Of a DNA stretch of 64,000 nt, positions 1 to 7,321 are shown one piece after another; positions within the stretch are counted from its first letter, which is position 1, and the number at the start of each line of letters is the position of its first letter. The stretch lies in contig DAHWJX010000085.1 of NCBI GenBank assembly GCA_027343965.1, positions 997 to 64,996 of the forward strand. The letters run 5' to 3'. The stretch comes from Bacillales bacterium (GTDB lineage: Bacteria > Bacillota > Bacilli > Alicyclobacillales > SLC66). Below the pieces are notes generated by a model, which searched no databases, was not told the origin of the DNA, and saw only the letters and a list, made by a program, of their open reading frames with translations. The translations under genes were made by a program, and so were the position numbers.

Positions 1-433
1 CTTGTTGCGCCTGAAGCATGGCGGGCAAAGCCTTTTTGGTGCACAAAAAAGGGCCTTTTAAATTGACTCCAATAAGATCTTCAAAATCTTTTTCGGATGT
101 GTCGATGAAAAGATCGGATTGTGCCTTGCCGGCATTGTTGACAAGTATGGTAATGGGCCCTATGTGGCGCGTGGTTTGGGCAAAGAGATGGTCAACATCG
201 GATGCCTTCGATACGTCACCTGCAACGGCAATTGCATGTATGTCAAAAAGCTCACACTGTGAAACGATTTCTTGTGCTTTACTTGCTTGTGTGAGATAGT
301 TGACGGCAATATTTGCCCCAGCTTTAGCCAATGTGGTTGCAATGGCGGCTCCAATGCCGCGCGATGCTCCGGTTATAAGTGCCGTTTGACCAAAAAGAGG
401 ACGAGTTGTCGAAAAACTACGTATGTTTGCCAT
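1..433 (-). CDS. Short-chain dehydrogenase/reductase (FabG-like), N-terminal part; 3' end lies outside the window
   Basis: Reverse-strand ATG at 433-431 with GGAGG about 8 nt upstream. My translation is MANIRSFSTTRPLFGQTALITGASRGIGAAIATTLAKAGANIAVNY...LVNNAG, which carries the TGxxxGxG and NNAG SDR motifs. Absent from the ORF track because there is no stop inside the window. Confidence 0.8.
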   Translation of the reverse strand, partial: MANIRSFSTTRPLFGQTALITGASRGIGAAIATTLAKAGANIAVNYLTQASKAQEIVSQCELFDIHAIAVAGDVSKASDVDHLFAQTTRHIGPITILVNNAGKAQSDLFIDTSEKDFEDLIGVNLKGPFLCTKKALPAMLQAQQ

Positions 434-506
434 GATCAAGTAAACCTCCCGGAAGCGAGTATACCACTTTTGGCAAACTTACGAAGACGAATGGAGGACT
501 ATTAGC

Positions 507-893
507 ATGCATCGACGTATCATGCATTCCATGTTGTGGACGGTATTGGCCAGTAGTTTGCTTTTGACTGGTTGTTCTCTTGGTCAGGTTCCGGCGGCGA
601 CTCCTGCGAAAGGGCCATATCAAGTTGTTCATGTTACTGCCCGAAATTTTCAGTGGCAAATGAGCAACACGAACCTCAAATCTGGCGAAAATGTAAAATT
701 TATCGTCACTTCGAGTCAAGGTGTACACGGATTTTCGATCAAGGGCACCGCGATATCGAGCGCCGTAGGACAAGGAGAAGTTCCTGTGATCGTGTACTGG
801 ACTGACCCCCCGAAAGGAACGTACGTGGTTCAGTGCAATGTGTATTGCGGTACAGGGCATGATTCGATGCAAAAGACATTTACGGTCAGTTGA
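507..893 (+). CDS. Cupredoxin-fold lipoprotein with a CuA-type ligand motif (CoxB soluble-domain-like)
   Basis: ATG 507 with GGAGG 9 nt upstream. Signal peptide plus lipobox LLLTG/C. H-x35-C-x3-C-x3-H-x2-M pattern (HGF...CNVYCGTGHDSM). Confidence 0.75.
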   Translation: MHRRIMHSMLWTVLASSLLLTGCSLGQVPAATPAKGPYQVVHVTARNFQWQMSNTNLKSGENVKFIVTSSQGVHGFSIKGTAISSAVGQGEVPVIVYWTDPPKGTYVVQCNVYCGTGHDSMQKTFTVS

Positions 894-1140
894 GTGTAGT
901 CATATCGCGATCGATAGCTCGTTTCATACGTTCCAATTGAGCATCCACGAGGATGTCTTCGACCTCTTCTTTAACGATTGCGATCAATCGTTTGGTCTCA
1001 GTAAGAGACAGAGCTACACCTTCTTGCAAAACACGGCCTGTCTGTCGATAATTACGGCGTACTGCCGGCCATAGCCAAACACCAAGCAGAGCGATGCCTG
1101 CCCCGAGAAGCAATCCTTGTACTGGTGCCATTTGTTTCAT
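886..1140 (-). CDS. Small membrane-anchored helical protein (DUF5132-like, tentative)
   Basis: ATG at 1140 with GGAGGAG 9 nt upstream (the track start at 1149 abuts the RBS). One N-terminal TM (GLLLGAGIALLGVWLW), then a charged helix (EEVEDILVDAQLE). Confidence 0.55.
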   Translation of the reverse strand: MKQMAPVQGLLLGAGIALLGVWLWPAVRRNYRQTGRVLQEGVALSLTETKRLIAIVKEEVEDILVDAQLERMKRAIDRDMTTLN

Positions 1141-1273
1141 TGTGACCACTCCTCCTTGGCGTTAGCCTGTGCAAAGAAGCTGAAAACATGTGCAGTTATA
1201 TGATTGTATGTCAGCCACTAAGCTGGGAACGCTAGGGTGAGTAACGCACAATGATAGGTGTGGGGGGTTCAAA

Positions 1274-1879
1274 ATGGCCTTTAAGATGTGGCGACTTGAT
1301 AATCCTGCAAGTTGGATTGCTTTAGGAGCAGTTGCGCTGTTAGCTTCTCCAACGGTTAGAAAAGCTTTGCGATCGGTCACGGTATCAGCTACGGTTGGCG
1401 TTTTGAAGTTAGGTGATAGCGTGAAAGACATGGGCACCAAAGTGAATCATCAAACGCAAAATGTTGTCTCTGAAGCCATAGAAAAGCGTGATACTTGGCG
1501 CGCGCAAACAGACTCGCCAAATTGGGTGCGCGACGCGGTTATAAAAGGTGTGGCCTCAACCATGGGTGCGGCTGATACAGTCACGCAAGGTGCGAAAAAT
1601 TGGTACCAACAAGTGCGCAGAGACGTAGCAACAGAGGTGGGCGACGTTGGTGCAGTCGGTACATCTGACAACCATTTACTTCCTGAAAACCTGTTGCCTA
1701 AAAATGTGCAAAACGTTGCACCCACACAGGCATCTAACCAGAACGTGCCAGGCGATTTTGCAGCCAGAAATACGACTATGATGAGCACCTTTCGCGATGA
1801 CGTTTTTTCCATAGGTGCCGAATTTAAACCTGAATATGAACGCATGGCCAATTTGATTCGTCCTCATACTGACGCGTAG
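1274..1879 (+). CDS. Hypothetical membrane-anchored protein; N-terminus resembles the neighbouring DUF5132-like protein, with a low-complexity C-terminal tail
   Basis: ATG with GGGGGG upstream. N-terminal TM (WIALGAVALLASP) followed by a basic/helical segment. Followed by a strong terminator. Confidence 0.5.
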   Translation: MAFKMWRLDNPASWIALGAVALLASPTVRKALRSVTVSATVGVLKLGDSVKDMGTKVNHQTQNVVSEAIEKRDTWRAQTDSPNWVRDAVIKGVASTMGAADTVTQGAKNWYQQVRRDVATEVGDVGAVGTSDNHLLPENLLPKNVQNVAPTQASNQNVPGDFAARNTTMMSTFRDDVFSIGAEFKPEYERMANLIRPHTDA

Positions 1880-1903
1880 ACATCTATCCGTACCAAAGCA
1901 AAT

Positions 1904-1940
1904 CGCGTGGGTCTTCTAAAGAGACCCACGCGTTTATTTT
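1904..1940. terminator. Bidirectional rho-independent terminator
   Basis: Perfect 11-bp stem cgcgtgggtct / agacccacgcg, followed by tttatttt. Sits between convergent genes. Confidence 0.8.
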
Positions 1941-3169
1941 GTCTCAAAAAATCCATCGGCCTGTGACAACATCAGTAAAGAAAATATGTCTGAAGCGAGA
2001 TTGACCTTTTTATCGGCCGCTCCTAGAAATGTACAGACAACAGCCGTTGTATTAAAAAGAAATGTGTTTTTCAACAACCACCTCATTTTCTCATGCATCA
2101 GGTGTGAAAGTTGATAAGTCTGTTGCCATTGTTTCATGGTGCCTTGTAAAAGCAACGTGTCTCCTTGTCGTTGATGAATGGGAAGCATCGGTATGGCGGG
2201 ATCACAAAGGATAACTTGACGTAAAGGTGTTATCGCTTTACGTTGCAGCGCGCAAAAGTGGGCAATGCGTTCATCGCCTTTTTCACGTATATACATGACT
2301 GTTTGTACATCGGCTAGGTCAAATAAGTCCATGCCTGTTTGCATCGGGATAAATTGACAGTTTTCGTGGGTCGTCACTTCCCCGTGGTTGAGTAGGTACT
2401 TTGCGCTTAGTAGCACTGGCCTAGGGTTGCCCGCGAGCAAAAGGGCACTTGCGATGCGAGGATTTCTTGTGATCACAAGGGTGCCAAAAGCGAGTGGGAA
2501 AATGAGACGAGAGGTGTTTTTCGCATAGGCTGTAACCCGAGCTGGTTCGATGTTATCTTGATCCAGTAAGGCAACGCGTTCTCCTGCCTTCAAACTGGCA
2601 GACAGAGTATTGTTACGCTTTTTGTATGCATTAAAACTTAACCAAAACAACATCGCAAAAACCGAATGGGATTCTCGTAAAAAAGCAAGTCCTAAGGCGC
2701 TCATGCTCAAAAAGGTATCATCATTGACACCGATCTGTTTGCTAAAAGCGGCAACACGAGATCGTAACCCAGGATACCCGCTAAATGCTGAAAGGATTGT
2801 AGAAAGTTCAAAGATCACGAAGTTGTCAGCCCACACGGATCGACCAAGCAGATATCTTCGTACAAGCAATGCAATTGATAAAGAAACAGGGAGCAACATA
2901 AACATTTTATGACGATGTACCTTATAGGCCAGCAAGGAGGCGTGGCGGTCGTCACGGCCTTTTATACGGTCGATTAGCGCGCTGATCTGCCAAGCGGTGA
3001 TTTGTCTGTCATCGTATTGAATTTTTAAACGACTCGACGCCGTACTTGCGCGAACAGACACAACACCTTCAACCATAGGCAATAAAGCTTCCCAAAACTC
3101 GCCCTCGGCATCTTCATTCAACTGAGGTATGCGTATCCGCAATGTGCGATAACATGAGATGTCAGTCAA
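1934..3169 (-). CDS. P1B-type ATPase-derived membrane protein lacking catalytic motifs (HMA-like N-terminal domain without CxxC)
   Basis: Probable TTG start at 3169 with GGGGGG 7 nt upstream (the track ATG at 3385 would overlap the divergent comFB-like gene). RIRIPQL...VEGVVSVRAS..LKIQYD is an HMA-like fold. The TM segments align by eye to the CopA core, but with NPR where CPC is expected and no DKTGT. Confidence 0.5.
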   Translation of the reverse strand: MTDISCYRTLRIRIPQLNEDAEGEFWEALLPMVEGVVSVRASTASSRLKIQYDDRQITAWQISALIDRIKGRDDRHASLLAYKVHRHKMFMLLPVSLSIALLVRRYLLGRSVWADNFVIFELSTILSAFSGYPGLRSRVAAFSKQIGVNDDTFLSMSALGLAFLRESHSVFAMLFWLSFNAYKKRNNTLSASLKAGERVALLDQDNIEPARVTAYAKNTSRLIFPLAFGTLVITRNPRIASALLLAGNPRPVLLSAKYLLNHGEVTTHENCQFIPMQTGMDLFDLADVQTVMYIREKGDERIAHFCALQRKAITPLRQVILCDPAIPMLPIHQRQGDTLLLQGTMKQWQQTYQLSHLMHEKMRWLLKNTFLFNTTAVVCTFLGAADKKVNLASDIFSLLMLSQADGFFETK

Positions 3170-3292
3170 GGAATTCCCCCCTTTTTTATGAGGGTAGTAT
3201 GCCCGGTGTGCTCTTAGTTGCGCCAAGTGTTTTGTTATGATACCGTAAAATTTAATCATAGTTTTATCAGGTATGTATATGGGGGGCTTACC

Positions 3293-3553
3293 ATGCTTTG
3301 CAATGTAATGGAAGAAATGGCCCGCGAGACCTTGGATGACCTTATTTCCGAATCGTACACAGGTTGCACATGTGAACTCTGTCAAAATGACATGCTGGCT
3401 ATTGCACTAAATCGCTTGCCTCCTCAGTACAGTTCAACGCCTACCGGTGAATTGTATGTGAAGGCTCGTTTATTTGCATCTCAGTGGCGTGTGGATGTCG
3501 TTCGCGAACTGACGTATGCCATGGAGATTGTGACAAAAACGTGCAGGCATTGA
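3293..3553 (+). CDS. ComFB-family (late competence development protein-like) small protein
   Basis: ATG 3293 with GGGGGG upstream. MLCNVMEEMARETLDDL..YTGCTCELCQNDMLAIALNRLPPQY resembles the ComFB signature region. Confidence 0.65.
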   Translation: MLCNVMEEMARETLDDLISESYTGCTCELCQNDMLAIALNRLPPQYSSTPTGELYVKARLFASQWRVDVVRELTYAMEIVTKTCRH

Positions 3554-3634
3554 GAAACTATAGATTCTTTACTTTTTGTAGTGTACTTTCATATAGTGTG
3601 GTTCTTGGAATTTGATGCGAGGAGATTTGCTTGA

Positions 3635-5269
3635 ATGGACGTTTGGTATGAGAAAAAAACAACCGGCAATCCCTTAACAGATGCTTACTTACGTGGTGAT
3701 TCCCTCGTGGCTGACCTATATGACTATCCGTCGTCAGGACATCAGACGTTGCATAATCGCGCAAATGAGCTTGATCTAAAGTATGAAGATTACCGACGTG
3801 AACAAGTCGTATTGGCTATTTCGCAATATATGCAACGTATTGTTCCTGACTCGCCAGCTGTGTCTACTTTATTGGATAAGTTTTCACAAAATAACTGTGT
3901 TGCCGTCGTGACTGGTCAACAAGCGGGATTATTTACCGGACCTTTGTATACGTTGTATAAAGCAATGTCATGTGTTGTCCTGGCCAAAGAATATGAGACG
4001 CTTTTACGCCGTCCGGTGGTGCCCGTGTTTTGGATTGCGACGGAAGATCATGACTTTGATGAAGTAGCTTCTGCATATTACGTTTTAGATACTGGCGATC
4101 TAGCCAGATCCCACTTACACGAACGGCCACCACTGCGAACTCCTGTAGGGAAGCACGATATTAGTCGCGCTGAGTTTATACGCCTGATGAATGAACTTTC
4201 CGTTTCGCTTCCAGAAGGTACCTATCGTGAGGATGTTTTACATGATATCGATAACGCTTATCGTGCAACAGCTAATATGGGAGACTTTTTTGCCAAGCTC
4301 TTAACGACATGGCTAAAAGATCTTCCTATGTTGCTGATCAATCCGCTTTGCAAGGAATTCCGTGAACCTGTACGGGATGCTTTTTCGCTCGTTCTTGATC
4401 ACCCCTCACAGTTCCGTGATGCTGCACTTTTTGGCGCTCGACAGGTGGTTTCAAAAGGATACACACCACAAGTGGAGGTGCCCACGCAACATAGCCTCCT
4501 TTATTTGATTGATGAAGGAAGACGTTGCGCATTAGATATAGACCCTGAACAAAAAGAGCGGTTCATTATTCGTGATTCGGGTAAACACATGACGACAATC
4601 CAATTAAAAGAGCGTCTCGAGGTGTCTCCTCAGGATTTCTCAGCGGGTGTGTTGTACCGGCCCGTCGTACAAGAGTTTCTATTGCCTGTTTTGACTTATG
4701 TGGGCGGTGGTGCAGAAATTGCCTATCATGGTATGATGAAACAGATTTTTCATGCGGCTTCTCGGAAAATGCCACCGCTACGTCTGCGCCAGCGCATTTG
4801 TGCAATTCCTCGAAGAGTTTCCCGAGCTTTACGTCATTACGAGGTTGATCTAAGCGATGCTTTAGCTAAAGATGTACTAGAAGATATCTTGTGTCGAGAA
4901 TTCACACCGTCGATTGATGATGTGATGCAGTCGTTGCAGCAAGAAGTTATGCAATCCATTCAGACACGTCTATCGTACTTTATGACGATCGATAAGGATT
5001 TGCAAAAAGCTGTTTTACGCACGGAATACGCTTTGCGTCAAGATTTGGCGCGGTTACAAGGAAGGGCGCACAAAACATTGCGTCGCAATCGATCAGAAGT
5101 CGTTCATGCCTTAACGATGGTTCATACTTGGTTGCGTCCAAAAGAGACAGAACAAGAGCGTGTATTGTCTCCATTGTCGTTATTGACAAAGTACGGATTG
5201 GCATGGTTACCCCAGTTAGCGGCTCGTCCATCACCACAGTGGGATGAAATTGTTTATCTACGTTGGTAA
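3635..5269 (+). CDS. bshC: Bacillithiol biosynthesis cysteine-adding enzyme BshC (YllA)
   Basis: 544 aa. VVTGQQAGLFTGPLYTLYK...PVFWIATEDHDFDE matches the conserved BshC core. Located immediately upstream of mraZ, as in B. subtilis. Confidence 0.9.
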   Translation: MDVWYEKKTTGNPLTDAYLRGDSLVADLYDYPSSGHQTLHNRANELDLKYEDYRREQVVLAISQYMQRIVPDSPAVSTLLDKFSQNNCVAVVTGQQAGLFTGPLYTLYKAMSCVVLAKEYETLLRRPVVPVFWIATEDHDFDEVASAYYVLDTGDLARSHLHERPPLRTPVGKHDISRAEFIRLMNELSVSLPEGTYREDVLHDIDNAYRATANMGDFFAKLLTTWLKDLPMLLINPLCKEFREPVRDAFSLVLDHPSQFRDAALFGARQVVSKGYTPQVEVPTQHSLLYLIDEGRRCALDIDPEQKERFIIRDSGKHMTTIQLKERLEVSPQDFSAGVLYRPVVQEFLLPVLTYVGGGAEIAYHGMMKQIFHAASRKMPPLRLRQRICAIPRRVSRALRHYEVDLSDALAKDVLEDILCREFTPSIDDVMQSLQQEVMQSIQTRLSYFMTIDKDLQKAVLRTEYALRQDLARLQGRAHKTLRRNRSEVVHALTMVHTWLRPKETEQERVLSPLSLLTKYGLAWLPQLAARPSPQWDEIVYLRW

Positions 5270-5273
5270 AAAA

Positions 5274-5310
5274 AATCCTGCTTCCCGTAAAGGGAGGCAG
5301 GATTTTAGCT
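5274..5310 (+). terminator. Rho-independent terminator after bshC
   Basis: Stem aatcctgcttccc / gggaggcaggatt followed by a T-rich tail. Confidence 0.75.
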
Positions 5311-5335
5311 TTTATAACAGAATATAAACGTAAAA

Positions 5336-5370
5336 GTGGAGCGTTGTGGGGCGATGTGGGTTAAAGTGCA
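5336..5370 (+). promoter_or_regulatory. Putative MraZ operator: four GTGG(G)/GTGC boxes at exact 10-bp phasing
   Basis: GTGG at 5336, GTGGG at 5346, GTGGG at 5356, GTGC at 5366. Lies between TATAAC/TATAAA -10-like hexamers (5312-5328) and the mraZ start at 5392. Confidence 0.6.
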
Positions 5371-5391
5371 GGGAAGGTGGCGTGACTCGTT

Positions 5392-5823
5392 ATGTTTATG
5401 GGTGAATATCAACATAGCCTGGATGATAAGTCACGCATCACGATTCCTGCCAAATTTCGAGAAGGCTTAGGTGCATCTTTTGTTATGACTCGTGGCCTTG
5501 ATGCCTGTCTCTTCGTTTACCCCCGCGACGATTGGAATATCATGGAACAAAAGTTACGCACTATGCCTTTAGCGCGTTCTGATGCGCGGCAATTTATCCG
5601 TTTTTTATTTAGCGGTGCTGCAGAATTAGATCTTGATAAGCAAGGACGTGTGCTAATTCCTTCCAACTTGCGAGAGTATGCTGGAATAACAGAGAACTGT
5701 GTTGTGATTGGAGTAGACGCCCGCGTAGAGATTTGGGATGCAAAAAAATGGCAATCCTATTCTGAGACGGCAGCAGATTCTTTTAATGATTTGGCGCAGG
5801 GACTTGTGGATCTTGATTTTTAG
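5392..5823 (+). CDS. mraZ: Transcriptional regulator MraZ
   Basis: MFMGEYQHSLDDKSRITIPAKFRE... plus a second SpoVT/AbrB-like repeat (DKQGRVLIP). Confidence 0.95.
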   Translation: MFMGEYQHSLDDKSRITIPAKFREGLGASFVMTRGLDACLFVYPRDDWNIMEQKLRTMPLARSDARQFIRFLFSGAAELDLDKQGRVLIPSNLREYAGITENCVVIGVDARVEIWDAKKWQSYSETAADSFNDLAQGLVDLDF

Positions 5824-5849
5824 CGAATCAGAAACGAGGAATACAGATC

Positions 5850-6809
5850 GTGAATGAAGGGTTTACGCATACAACTGTATTATTGCAAGAAGCCGTGGCT
5901 ATGTTGCGGCCCCAAAATCATGCAACGTACGTCGACCTAACGCTAGGTGCTGGCGGACACACAAGGGCATTGCTTGCAGCAAGTGGTCCACTCGGTAAAG
6001 TCATTGCGTTTGATCAGGATGAGCATGCTGTTTTGGCAGCTCAATCGTTTCAATCTGAGTATAAAGATCGATTGACTATTGTACGGGCTAATTTTCGGGA
6101 TGTACGCGCGGCACTTGATGAGCTTTCGATCGATAAGGTAGATGGTCTTCTTTGCGATTTAGGTGTGTCATCACCGCAGTTGGATGAAGGGGAACGAGGG
6201 TTCTCTTATCAACATGATGCACCGCTTGATATGCGCATGGATCAACGTCAGCGTATGTCGGCCAAAGATCTTGTGGCTAAACTTGATGCGCGTGAATTGA
6301 CAGAGATATTTCGTTTTTATGGGGAAGAGAAATGGGCAGCTCGAATTGCTTCTTTTATCGTAAAAGAACGTATCGAACATCCCATTGAAACGACCGGACA
6401 CCTTGTTGAAGTGATTAAAAAAGCGGTACCGGCGGCTGCTAGACGAGATGGGCCGCATCCGGCAAAACGGGTGTTTCAGGCGCTTCGCATTAAGGTGAAT
6501 GATGAACTTGGGGCTCTTGAAGATGTCCTAGCCATCGCCCCGGATATCCTTCGTCCTGAAGCAAGGATCGCAATGATCACGTTTCATTCTTTGGAGGACC
6601 GCCTGGTTAAACAGTCTTTTGTAAAAGAGTCCAGAGAGTGTATTTGTCCACCGCATACACCCATCTGTACATGCTCACATGTTGCGCGCATGAAGATTAT
6701 TACGCGAAAACCTATCTTACCATCGCAAGACGAGATAGTGGACAATCCACGAGCGCGATCTGCCAAATTACGAGTTGCTGAACGGCTCGATGAAGATCAA
6801 AAACTATAA
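5850..6809 (+). CDS. rsmH: 16S rRNA (cytosine1402-N4)-methyltransferase RsmH
   Basis: GTG start after GAGGAA. HTTVLLQEAV, DLTLGAGGH, DLGVSSPQLD motifs. Confidence 0.95.
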   Translation: MNEGFTHTTVLLQEAVAMLRPQNHATYVDLTLGAGGHTRALLAASGPLGKVIAFDQDEHAVLAAQSFQSEYKDRLTIVRANFRDVRAALDELSIDKVDGLLCDLGVSSPQLDEGERGFSYQHDAPLDMRMDQRQRMSAKDLVAKLDARELTEIFRFYGEEKWAARIASFIVKERIEHPIETTGHLVEVIKKAVPAAARRDGPHPAKRVFQALRIKVNDELGALEDVLAIAPDILRPEARIAMITFHSLEDRLVKQSFVKESRECICPPHTPICTCSHVARMKIITRKPILPSQDEIVDNPRARSAKLRVAERLDEDQKL

Positions 6810-6850
6810 TGATCGATTACGTATATTATCTATAAGGAGTGTTAAGCAAC

Positions 6851-7246
6851 ATGATCGCAATGGATGTCGAGGCGCGCCAAAGTTCACCACAGAACATGGT
6901 TTCTCCCGTTTCTTCAAGGCAAGTAGCTCGTTCTACTCATGAAATGGCAAGAGAAAAGGCGTTGCAACAAGCACATCCGCAGACAAGAAGCCGCTTGGGT
7001 GTAGTTGTCTCTTTGATTTTTTGTACCGCTGTTTCAGCTTACCTCGTCAGCCAATATGCCACGATCGTGTCACTTAATTACACGAACCAGCAATTGCGCG
7101 TGACGCTGTCACAACAAAATGCAACGAATGCGTCGTTGCAATCTACGGTGTATGAATTGTCATCACCGACAAGAATTTTGAATATTGCCGAACAAAAGTT
7201 GCACATGTCGCCAGCTACTCCTGTTGAAGTGGGTGCAAGCAAGTAG
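6851..7246 (+). CDS. ftsL: Cell division protein FtsL
   Basis: Position between rsmH and the PBP gene. Single TM (LGVVVSLIFCTAVSAYLV) followed by a coiled-coil-like segment. Start chosen 11 nt after GGAG (the track start at 6839 overlaps the RBS). Confidence 0.75.
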   Translation: MIAMDVEARQSSPQNMVSPVSSRQVARSTHEMAREKALQQAHPQTRSRLGVVVSLIFCTAVSAYLVSQYATIVSLNYTNQQLRVTLSQQNATNASLQSTVYELSSPTRILNIAEQKLHMSPATPVEVGASK

Positions 7247-7321
7247 CGCAACAGTTCTAGTCGGTTATCCTCAGGCATAAGGTGAGACGGACAAGACTCT
7301 CACTGTAAGAGGCGATGCTGT

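Noticed and set aside
3170-3385. Upstream 72 codons of the track ORF 1934-3385 (ATG at 3385).
   Set aside because: This extension would overlap the divergent ComFB-like gene and its RBS. An internal TTG at 3169 has a GGGGGG RBS and coincides with the start of the HMA-like domain.
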